Positions 47,531 through 58,000 of a DNA stretch of 64,000 nt are shown piece after piece; the stretch's first letter is position 1; every line of letters starts with the position of its first letter. Origin of the DNA: a bacterium (GTDB taxonomy: Bacteria > Krumholzibacteriota > Krumholzibacteriia > LZORAL124-64-63); assembly GCA_031441465.1 (NCBI GenBank), contig JANOEP010000016.1, forward strand, positions 129,301 to 193,300, in the 5' to 3' direction. The notes under the pieces were generated by a model. It was given only the letters and a program-made list of their open reading frames with translations, was not told the origin of the DNA and did not search any database. The translations under genes and the position numbers were made by a program.

Positions 47531-48655
47531 TCACTTCGTCGTCGTGGGTTCCCGGCCGCCGGCGATCCCGAAAGGGAGGCCGAGCGAGGTGAGATTGACG
47601 CCCAGCGCGTAGCTGTCGTTGCGGTTGAGGTTGAAGGCGAGGCCGGGCCGCAGGCCGCAGACCTCGAACAGGCCCGGGTAGAGGTTCACGCGCAGCTTGT
47701 AATCCTTGGACCGCGCCCAGAGCACCGAGGCCAGCAGCGAGTTCCGGCGGTCGTAGAACAGGCCGGCGGTCGCGGCCAGTTCGGCGCCCTTGTGGTACTG
47801 CGTGATGTCGATCAGCACGTCGGCCTTCATCCCGGCGCCGAAGGAGAGGCTGCGGCCGTCGTCCCAGGTCCGCGACAGGCCGAGTTCGCCGTGCGTGCCG
47901 TAGTGGTAGAAGAGGCTCCAGCGCTCCCAGAACGGCAGATCCAGCTTCATGGCGAAGTTCTGCCCGTTGTTGACGAGGGTCTCGCGCCAGGGATCGACCA
48001 TCGGTTGGTAAGACCAGTCGCTCATGTGCAGGGTGTCGCCGAAGAAGCGGCAGACGCCTTCGTGGCTGAACAGGATGATGCTAGCCGGGTCGAACAGCAG
48101 GACGTCGGCGACGGGATCGGTGGTCCAGCCGTCGTAGCCGTCGTTCTCGACCACCTCGTTCAGCAGGTGGTAGGACATCATCGTCATGCCGCTCCAGAGC
48201 GAAGCGTGCTGGTAGCCGTGCGCCCGGTACCATTCGGCGGTCATGCGGTAGCTCATGCCGCCGCCGAGCAGGTGCTGCGTGTAATTCGGCCAGTAGTGGG
48301 CCTTGCCGCTGTTGAAGCTGATCGGGATCACCTCGCGCTGCAGAAAATCCCACCAGCCCTCCGCCTGGATGGCGCCGCCGGGATCGGTCAGGTTCCGCCA
48401 GACGTTCTTCCAGCCCTGACGGTAGTCGACATCCAGGGGATGGTTGTCCCGGCTGGACAGCTGCATGATCCCCCAGCCGCCGTTGACGACCAGGCGCAGG
48501 GGATGGATCAGCGAATCGGTGCCGTAGTCCAGTCCGTGATAGAAATAGGCGTGTGTCTCTTCTTCGGCAGGCGTTTCCTGGCCGGCGCGGACGGAGCCGG
48601 CCGGCGAAACGATGAGCAGCAGCGTGAGCGTGATGGCCGGCAGGGCTCTGTTCAT
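47531..48655 (-). CDS. Secreted or outer-membrane hypothetical protein
   Basis: Signal peptide, aromatic-rich sequence, amphipathic beta-strands in the C-terminal half. Confidence 0.65.
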   Translation of the reverse strand: MNRALPAITLTLLLIVSPAGSVRAGQETPAEEETHAYFYHGLDYGTDSLIHPLRLVVNGGWGIMQLSSRDNHPLDVDYRQGWKNVWRNLTDPGGAIQAEGWWDFLQREVIPISFNSGKAHYWPNYTQHLLGGGMSYRMTAEWYRAHGYQHASLWSGMTMMSYHLLNEVVENDGYDGWTTDPVADVLLFDPASIILFSHEGVCRFFGDTLHMSDWSYQPMVDPWRETLVNNGQNFAMKLDLPFWERWSLFYHYGTHGELGLSRTWDDGRSLSFGAGMKADVLIDITQYHKGAELAATAGLFYDRRNSLLASVLWARSKDYKLRVNLYPGLFEVCGLRPGLAFNLNRNDSYALGVNLTSLGLPFGIAGGREPTTTK

Positions 48656-48874
48656 GACCGTCCGTGTCGCGGAAGTGGCGATGACCCGGCCGACGGGCGA
48701 TGACCGCAGGTCTCGGCGCGGACCGAATATCCGCCCCCTCGCCGTCGTCCGCAAGTCCCCATCTCCGCAGGAGATCCACCCGGGAACAACCTATTGACAG
48801 CAGGGTGATTTCGCACCACTTTTGATCTCATAGATTCGAAACCGTTTCCAGAGTTGCCGTCGGGAGTGCCCGTC

Positions 48875-51688
48875 ATGATGTACCCGCCCCGTCCAGCCCG
48901 GTACCTGCGACTGCTCGCGGCGGCGGCGTGGCTCCTGGCATCGGCCGCCGGCGCCGCCGCGGCCCAGTCGGTCGACGATTGCCTGATCTGCCACGAAGAC
49001 CAGACGCTCACCAAGAACCGCGCCGGCAGCGTCGTTTCCCTCTACGTCGCCAAGACGGTCTTCGCAGGCTCGGTGCACGGCCTCGGCGGGCTGGCCTGCG
49101 TCGATTGCCACGCGGACCTGGCCGGTGTCGAGGGCGAGCACGAGCCGCGGCTGGCGTCGGTGGATTGCGCCACCTGCCACGACGACGTCGCGACGATCTA
49201 TGCGGGCAGCCTGCACGGACGGCGGGTGGCCGCCGGAGACCCGAACGCGCCGAGCTGCACCGACTGCCACGGCGCCCACGACATCCTGCCGCCCGCGGAG
49301 CCGACCTCCCGGGTGAACCGCTTCAACATCCCGATGATGTGCGGCGGCTGCCACAAGGAAGGGACGCCGGTCGCGCGGATGTACGACATCCCGCAGGACA
49401 GCATCCTGACCCACTACTCGCAGAGCATCCACGGGGAAGGCCTCTTCAAGCGCGGGTTGACCATCTCCGCGGTCTGCATCGACTGCCACACCGCCCACGA
49501 CGTGCGGCCCCACACCGACCCCAAATCGTCGATCTCGCGCGATCGCGTGGCGGCCACCTGCCAGAAGTGCCACGGGCGCATCGAGCAGGTCCACCAGAAG
49601 GTGATCGAGGGCGCGCTGTGGGAGAAGGAACCCCACAAGGTCCCCGCCTGCGTCGAATGCCACCAGCCCCACCGGGTGCGCCGCGTCTCCTACCAGGAGG
49701 GGGTCTCGGACAGCGAGTGCCTGGCCTGCCACGGCCGGCAGGACCTGTCGGTGGTGCGCGGCGGCGAGACGGTTTCGCTCTTCGTCGACGCCGCCGAGGC
49801 CACCGGTTCGGCGCATCGCAAGGTGTCCTGCGCGCAGTGCCACACCGGCACCACGCCCAACCACCCCGAGCGGGCCTGCGCCACGGTCACCGGTCGGGTC
49901 GACTGCTCCATCTGCCACGCCGAGCAGGTGAACCTCTATGCCGAGAGCACCCACGGCACGCTGCTGGCGCGCGGCGACCCCGACGCGCCGCAGTGCCGCA
50001 CCTGCCACGGCACGCACGGTGTCCAGCTGCACCTCGACCCCCGGTCGCCCACCTACGTCAGCAACGTCGCCGCGCTATGCGCGGAGTGCCACGGGGCGGG
50101 CGGCAAGGCCGACGTCCGCTACACGGGCCGCGACAAGGGGATGGTGGAGAACTACGCCGAGAGCGTGCACGGCCGGGCCATCCAGCAGAGCGGCCTGGTT
50201 GTCTCGGCGACCTGCACCGACTGCCACACGGCCCACCACGTCCTGCCGCAGACCGACGTGCGTTCGACCATCAATCGCAGCCGGATCGTGGACACCTGCG
50301 CGCACTGCCACCAGGGCATCTTCGAGACCTTCCGCAACAGCATCCACTTCACGGGGAAGGAGCGCGACGGGGCCCAGCTACCGATGTGCAACGACTGCCA
50401 CTCCTCGCACGAGATCGCCGAGACCGACGCCAAGGGTTTCATGCACGAGATCGTCACCACCTGCGGCCACTGCCACCCGGACGTCACGGAGTCCTACTTC
50501 GAGACCTTCCACGGCAAGGTCGTCAAGCTGGGCTACACCGAGACGGCCAAGTGCCAGGATTGCCACGGCGCCCACGACATCCTGCCGCCGGACAACCCGG
50601 CTTCGTCGCTCTCGCGCGACAACATCGTGGCCACCTGCGCCCAGTGCCATCCCGAGTCGCACCGCCGTTTCGCGGGCTACCTGACCCACGCCACGCATCA
50701 CGACAAGGACAAGTACCCGTTCATCCACTACACGTGGCTGCTCATGACGGCGCTGCTGGTGGGCACCTTCGGCTTCTTCGGCATCCACACGCTGCTGTGG
50801 CTGCCGCGCTCGATCATGGCCTTGAAGCACTCCCGCCAGCTGCGCCGCGACGAGCGGCCGGGCGAGAAGCAGTTCCGCCGCTTCCAGCGCCTGCCGCGCT
50901 ACCTGCACATCCTGGTGATCGTCAGCTTCCTGGGACTCGCGGTCACCGGCATGACCCTGAAGTTCTCCTACTTCCCGTGGGCGCAATGGATCTCCCACGC
51001 CCTGGGCGGCTTCCAGGGCACCGGCGTGATCCACCGCCTCTGCGCGCTGATCACGTTCTTCTACTTCGTTCGCCACATCATCGACATCTGCTGGCGCAAG
51101 AAGCTGTCCGGCCTGGGCTGGAAGGGGTACCTGACCGGCCCCAACTCGATGCTGCCCAAGAAGCGGGACGGCGTGGAGTTCGTGCAGACCATCCGCTGGT
51201 TCGTCGGCCTGGGACCGCGCCCCGAGTACGGCCGCTGGACCTACTGGGAGAAGTTCGACTACTTCGCCGTGTTCTGGGGCGTGGGCATGATCGGCCTGTC
51301 GGGCCTCATCCTGTGGTTCCCCGAGGCGTTCACCCGCGTGTTGCCGGGCTGGTTCGTCAACGTGGCGACCATCATCCACTCCGACGAGGCGCTGCTGGCG
51401 ACCGGCTTCATCTTCACGGTGCACTTCTTCAACACGCACTTCCGGCCCGACCGCTTCCCGATGGACCCGGTCATCTTCACCGGCCGGATGTCGCTGGCGG
51501 AGTTCCAGGCCGACCGGCCGCGGGAGTACCGCGAACTGGTCGAGTCCGGCGAGCTGGAGAAGCACCTGGTCGACCCCCTGACGCCGAACATGGTCCGGGC
51601 GCTCAAGGTGTTCGGCTTCACGGCGCTGGCGATCGGCTTGAGCCTGATCGTCCTGATCATCTGGGCCGAGATCTTCGGGTACCGGTGA
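48875..51688 (+). CDS. Multiheme cytochrome c (19 CxxCH) fused to a cytochrome b membrane domain (CbcL-like)
   Basis: Signal peptide; 19 CxxCH motifs counted; C-terminal TM domain with LHILVIVSFLGLAVTG, HR, WEKFDYFAVFWG and IHSDEALLA. Confidence 0.9.
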   Translation: MMYPPRPARYLRLLAAAAWLLASAAGAAAAQSVDDCLICHEDQTLTKNRAGSVVSLYVAKTVFAGSVHGLGGLACVDCHADLAGVEGEHEPRLASVDCATCHDDVATIYAGSLHGRRVAAGDPNAPSCTDCHGAHDILPPAEPTSRVNRFNIPMMCGGCHKEGTPVARMYDIPQDSILTHYSQSIHGEGLFKRGLTISAVCIDCHTAHDVRPHTDPKSSISRDRVAATCQKCHGRIEQVHQKVIEGALWEKEPHKVPACVECHQPHRVRRVSYQEGVSDSECLACHGRQDLSVVRGGETVSLFVDAAEATGSAHRKVSCAQCHTGTTPNHPERACATVTGRVDCSICHAEQVNLYAESTHGTLLARGDPDAPQCRTCHGTHGVQLHLDPRSPTYVSNVAALCAECHGAGGKADVRYTGRDKGMVENYAESVHGRAIQQSGLVVSATCTDCHTAHHVLPQTDVRSTINRSRIVDTCAHCHQGIFETFRNSIHFTGKERDGAQLPMCNDCHSSHEIAETDAKGFMHEIVTTCGHCHPDVTESYFETFHGKVVKLGYTETAKCQDCHGAHDILPPDNPASSLSRDNIVATCAQCHPESHRRFAGYLTHATHHDKDKYPFIHYTWLLMTALLVGTFGFFGIHTLLWLPRSIMALKHSRQLRRDERPGEKQFRRFQRLPRYLHILVIVSFLGLAVTGMTLKFSYFPWAQWISHALGGFQGTGVIHRLCALITFFYFVRHIIDICWRKKLSGLGWKGYLTGPNSMLPKKRDGVEFVQTIRWFVGLGPRPEYGRWTYWEKFDYFAVFWGVGMIGLSGLILWFPEAFTRVLPGWFVNVATIIHSDEALLATGFIFTVHFFNTHFRPDRFPMDPVIFTGRMSLAEFQADRPREYRELVESGELEKHLVDPLTPNMVRALKVFGFTALAIGLSLIVLIIWAEIFGYR

Positions 51689-51855
51689 TGTCTCCTTTCT
51701 GAAACGTGTTCCCCTCCCTCGTGACCGGGGGCGCGCTCCGGGCACCTCGTGTGCCCGGAGCGCTTGGCCATCCGGCCCCTCCGCCATCCTGGCTGCGGGG
51801 CCTCCAGGACACCCCGGTCACGAGGGAGGGGAACACGTTTCAGAAAGGCGGCATC
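51687..51855 (+). repeat. Structured two-hairpin repeat element, copy E
   Basis: Outer IR perfect for 37 bp (51694-51730 / 51812-51848), 44 bp with 2 mismatches; loops CTCGT and ATCCT; abuts the cytochrome stop. Confidence 0.85.
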
Positions 51856-52091
51856 TTCGGTAGTCAATAGTAGGTCTTGGGGAGACATATGGTGGCGTCG
51901 GGGTCGGATTGGGCGTATAAATATGGCCTCGGCAATCTTGAACTTCGGGCTTTTCCGAGGCTCAAGATATTCCCCCGCCTGCCGATAATGTTAATTAGGT
52001 CAGATTCGGCATTGAATCGAGCGACGTTGTTCGGACGACTCCGTGGGTACGGAGGTCGCCCAGCGTTTATCTGCCAGTGGAAAGGACATCC

Positions 52092-55000
52092 ATGATGTTC
52101 CCGACGACGAAGTTTGCGCGCTGCTGCGGTGCGGTTTCCCTGTTGGTGCTCGCCCTCACCGTGGCCGCCGGCCCCGCCGCGGCCCAGTGGACGGATGCCA
52201 CCACGCCGGTCCTGGCGGACATACTCCCCAGCCACGGCGTGTCCTGGGCCGACTTCGACCTGGACGGGGACCTGGACATCTATCTGGCGAACAACGGCAA
52301 CAACAAGCTGTTCCGCAACGGCGGCGAAGACCCCGGGAATCCCGGCCAGTGGCTGTGGGACAACGTGGCCCCGACCAACGGCACGGGCATCGGCAGCAAC
52401 CAGGTTTCCAGCGTGGGTGTCTGGGGCGACTACGACAACGACGGCGACCCCGACCTCTACCTCTCGAACACGCAGGGCGCGAACCACCTCTTCCGCAACG
52501 ACCCGGTCAATCCGGGTCTGCCGATCGACCACAACCGCGTCTTCGTGGACGTCACCAACTCCCTGATCCTGGGCTCGACCCGCGCCACACAGTCGGTCGC
52601 CTGGGTCGACTACGACAACGACGGCGACCTCGACCTGTACCAGGCCGACCCGGTCACCAACTACTTGCTGCGCAACGACGGCGCCGACCCCCAGGTTCCC
52701 GGCTTCACCACGTTCACCAACGTGACGGCCGCCACCGGCACGACCGACACCTACGACAGCTACGGCGTGGCCTGGGCCGACTACGACAAGGACGGCGACC
52801 AGGATCTCTACATCGCGAACTACAACGGTCCGAGCAAGATGCTGCGCAACGACCCCCAGACCCCGGGCGACCCCGACGATCCCGACCGCGTGTTCGTCAA
52901 CGTGACCGCCGCCGCCGGCCTGACGTTCACCGGCCCCAGCCGCGGCGCCTCCTGGGGCGACTTCGACAACGACGGCGACATGGACCTCTACGTCACCAAC
53001 TACGGCACCGCCAACCGCCTGTACCGCAACAACGGCGGCGTGTTCCAATCGATCGGCGCGGCGGCGGGCGTCGCCGACACCGGCAACGGGCGCCACTGCT
53101 GCTGGGTCGACTACGACAACGACGCCGACCTGGACCTCTGGGTCACGAACTACGACAACGGGATCGTCACGAACGACAGCCGCCTGTACCGCAACGACGG
53201 GCCCGACGGGTCGAACCCCAACGGCTGGCTCTTCGTCAACGCCGCCGGCACCCTGCTCGCCAACAACCTCGGCCTGGGTTCTTCGGCCGGTTGGGCCGAC
53301 TACGACGACGACGGCGACCTGGACATGTACTTCGTCAACTGGAACGCGGACCATCCCAACAAGCTCGTCCGCAACGACCTGGCCAGCGGCGCCGACTACC
53401 TGCACCTCGACCTCGTCGGCCGCCTCTCGAACGCTTCGGCCATCGGCGCCCGCGTGCGCGTGGTCACGGGAACCTCCACGCAGATCCGCGAGGTCAACGG
53501 CGGCGAGGGCTACCACGGCCAGAACAGCCTGCGCGCGGAGTTCGGCCTGGGCATGAGCGCCGTGATCGACTCGGTGATCGTGCGCTGGCCCTCGGGCGTC
53601 GTCCAGGAGCTGGGCGCCCTGATGCCGAACCAGGTCTTCACCGTCGTGGAGACCGGCCCGGATTCCCCGGTCATGGTCGCCGAACCGGCCTACACCTCCG
53701 GCACGACCAACACCGTGTCCTGGAGCGACGAGTCCGGCAGCGGCGCCGTCGCGTACCGCGTCCAGGCCGCCCTGGACACCGGGTTCACCACGCTGGTCGG
53801 CGACTCGGGCTGGATCGCCGGCCTCTCGCACGAATTCACGGGCCTGTCCGACGGCCAGCTCGTCCGCTTCCGGGTCCGCGCGCGCGACGCGGGCGGCATC
53901 GCCTCGCGCTGGTCGGGCTCCGTGGGCTCGTTGCAGGACAACGCGCCCCCCGTCTCGTCGATCAACGCCCTCGCGAGCCCGCAGCAGGACGTGCCCTTCG
54001 GCGTCGCGTACCTCGCCACGGACACCGGCAGCGGCGTGGCCTCGGTCGCCCTCTACTACCGCGTGGATCCCGGCGCGTGGACCCTCTTCGGCTCCCGGGC
54101 CGACGGGCAACCCATCGTCTTCACCAGTCCCGAAGGGCCGGCGACCTACGAGTTGTACACGCTGGCCACCGACAACATCGGCAATCTCGAGGCGGCGCCG
54201 CCCATCGCCGACGAGACGGTCGTCGTCGAACCGGCGCACTGGGTCAACGTCGCCCCGGCCGACGGTTCGGGCGTGGGCAACAACGGCAACGGCCGCGGCG
54301 CCGCCTGGGGCGACTACGACGGCGACGGCCTCTACGACCTGTTCATCACCAACCGGCCCGTCTGGTTCCTGCCGAACGACGACACCGACCACCTCTACCA
54401 CAACCTGGGACCCGACCTGGGCAACCCCGACTCCTGGCTTTTCCAGGACGTCACCACCGGCGCGATGGCCGACCCGGCCTACGGGCAGGGCATCTCCTGG
54501 GGCGATTTCGACGGCGACGGCGACCTGGACGTCTACCAGTCCAACATGGCCGTGGGCGGCCCGGCGCCCAACCACCTCTGGCGCAACAACGGCAACGGGT
54601 CGTTCACCGACATCGCGCCCCAGACCGGTACGACGGATCCCGCCGGCAGCGGCCGCGCCGCGTGCTGGGTGGATTTCGACCTCGACGGCGACCTCGACCT
54701 GTACCTCTGCAACGACGGCCCCAACTATCTGTGGCGCAACGACGGCGAGGACCCGCTCAATCCCGGGCAGTGGCTCTTCGTGAACGTCGCGCCGACCGAC
54801 GGCACGGGCATCGGCGACGACATGTACACCATGGGCTGCTCGTGGATCGACTACGACAACGACGGCGATCCCGACCTGCACCTCGCCAATTACAACAACG
54901 GCCCCGACCGCCTCTTCAGGAACGACGGCGAGGATCTCCAGAACCCCGGCCAGTGGGTCTTCACCAACGTGGCCGCGCTCATGGGGCTGGAAGACACGGG

Positions 55001-58000
55001 CAACGGGATGAACGCCAGCTGGGGCGACTACGACAACGACGGCTGGCTCGACCTCTACCTGGCCAACGACGGTCCCAACCGCCTGTACCACCGCGTGCCG
55101 GGCGTCAACCACTTCGAGGACGTCACCGCGGTCAGCGGCGCCGGTCTCGCCGGCAACGCCTACACGGCCGGCACCGGCTGGGCCGACTACGACAACGACG
55201 GCGACCTCGACCTCTACGTCGGCAACCACTGGACCGACGCCACGGGCGACTGGGTTCCCAACCAGCTGTTCCGTAACGACGGCGAGGATCCGCTGAACCC
55301 CGGACGCTGGGTCTTCACCAACGCGGCGCCGGCCAGCGGCGCCGGCATCGGCGCCGGCGAGAACACCACGGCCACCGCCTGGGCCGACTACGACAACGAC
55401 GGCGACCTGGACATCTACCTGTGCAACATGTCCGGCACGCCGAACTTCCTGTTCCGCAACGACGTGCCCGACGCGCAGACCAACCACTGGCTGCAGCTGG
55501 ACCTCGTGTCGCTGTCCGCGAACACCTCGGCGATCGGCGCGCGCGTGCGCTGCGTCGTCGGCGGGACGTCGATGCTCCGCGAGGTCGAAGGCATCACCGG
55601 CTTCCTGTCGCAGAACTCGCTCACGGTCGAGTTCGGCCTGGGCGCCGCGACTGCGGCCGACTCGATCCTGATCCGCTGGCCTTCGGGGATCGAACAGAAC
55701 CTCGCCAACGTGCCGGCCGACCAGCGGCTCGAGGTGATCGAGAGCGGGCCGGGCCGTCCGGTGCTGGCCGCGCTGCCCGCGATCACCGTGGGGGATTCGC
55801 TCGTGCTGGCCTGGAGTCCCGTCACGGGCTCCGCGCCGGTAACCTACGAGGCCGAACTGAGCGCCGACGCCGCCTTCACCCAGGTGCTGGCCGGCAGCGG
55901 CTGGATCACCGAAACCTCGTACACCTTCATCGGATTGGCCGACGCCTTCACCGGCTTCTACCGGGTCCGCTCCCGTGACGCCGAGCGGCTGATCTCGCTG
56001 TGGTCGAACACCGTCACGACGACGCAGGACGCCAGCCCGCCGGCGTCGTCGGTCGACCCCGTGGTCATCGCCTTCCAGGGCCTGCCCTTCGAGGTGACGG
56101 CCACGGCCACCGACGCGGTGAGCGGCGTCGCGCGCGTCGACCTCTGGTACCGCCACGGCGACGACCAGGGACCGTTCACGCTGTACGGCTCGCACACCGA
56201 CGGCTCGCCGTTCTTCTTCGAGCTGCCCGACAGCCTCGGGGTGTACTACTTCTACACGACGTCCGCCGACAGCGCGGGCAACGAGGAACCGGCGCCCGCC
56301 GGCTGGGACCGGACCGTGACCGTGACCCAGCCCCAGTGGGTGCTGGTCTCGCCCACGGACGGCAGCGGCGTGGGCAACAACGGCAACGGCCGCGGCGCGG
56401 CCTGGGGCGACTACGACCAGGACGGCGACCACGACCTCTTCATCACCAACCGCATCGTCTACCAGAACTCGGCCGACGCCACGAGCCACCTGTTCCGCAA
56501 CGACGGGGCCGTCCCCGGCGAGCACGACAACTGGCTGTTCGCCGACGTTTCGGTGCCCCCGATGACCACCGAGGGCTACGGGCAGGGCGTGGCCTGGGGC
56601 GACTTCGACGGCGACGGCGACCTCGATCTCTACCAGACCTACATGCAGGTCAACGAAAACTCGCCGGCGCCCAACCGGCTGTACCGCAACGACGGCGGCG
56701 GCGCCTTCACCGAGATCGGCTTGGAGGCCGGCGTGAACGACGGCGGCAGCGGCCGCAGTTGCGCCTGGGCCGACTACGACCAGGACGGCGACCTGGACCT
56801 CTACCTCTGCAACAACGGCGCGAACCGCCTCTACCGGAACGACGGCTTCGATCCCGAGACCCGCGCCCTCTGGGTGTTCACCAACGTGGCGCCCGCGGAC
56901 AGCACCGGCATCGGCGACGGCAGCTACACCATGGGCTGCGCGTGGGGCGACTTCGACAACGACGGCGACCCCGACCTCTACCTCGCCAACTACAACAGCC
57001 AGCCCGACCGCCTCTTCCGCAACGACGGAGCGGACCCGCAGAATCCCGGCGAGTGGCTGTTCACCGACATCGCCGCCGAGGTCGGCATGGCCGACACCGG
57101 CAGCGGCTTGGGCTGCACATGGGGCGACTTCGACAACGACGGCCTGTTGGACCTCTACGTCAGCAACGACGGGCCCAACTTCCTGTACCACAACGTCTCC
57201 GCGGGCCTGATGACGGGCAAGCTGGGGCGCCGCGCGCAGGACGCCGCCGACAACGCCGCCGAGAAGGCCGCGCCGACGATCCAGTTCACGGACATCGCAC
57301 CCCTGTACGACGTGGGCCTCGACGACGGCCTCTACGGCGCCGGCATCGGCTGGGCCGACTACGACAACGACGGCGACCTCGACCTCTACCTGGGCAATCA
57401 CTGGAACGCCAACGGCGATCCGGCGCCCAACCGCCTGTTCCGCAACGAGGGGCCGGACCCCGAGCACACCCAGGGCTGGCTCTTCACCAACGCGGCCCCC
57501 ACGCACCTGGGCCTGAACATCGCCGACGATTCCAGCACCAACGGCGTCGCCTGGGCCGACTACGACGGCGACGGCGACCTCGACCTCTACATGGCGAGCA
57601 TGATGGGCCGCAACAACAAGCTCTTCCGCAACGACGTGGCGGACTCCACCGGCAACCACTGGCTGCAACTGGACCTGTCCGCGCCGTACCTCAACACCTA
57701 CGCCATCGGCGCCCGCGTGCGCTGCGTGGCAGGCGGGAAGAGCATGCTGCGCGACGTCGACGGCGGCTCGGGCTTCCTGTCCCAGGGCTCGCTGACCCTG
57801 GAATTCGGCCTCGGGGCGGCGGCCGTGGCCGATACCGTCGAGATCCTCTGGCCCGACGGGTATCATCATCTGATGCTGAACGTCCCCGGCGACCAGCGCC
57901 TGCTGATCACGCAGCCGGTGACCGCCGTCGGCGACGACGGCCCGGCGCCGACGCCGCTGGCGTTCCGCGTCTACGACAACTTCCCCAACCCGTTCAACCC

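Noticed and set aside
52240..57590. Many near-identical gactacgacaacgacggcgac repeats (possible DGR or array)
   Set aside because: Coding FG-GAP repeats; no reverse transcriptase and no adenine-specific TR/VR pattern seen.
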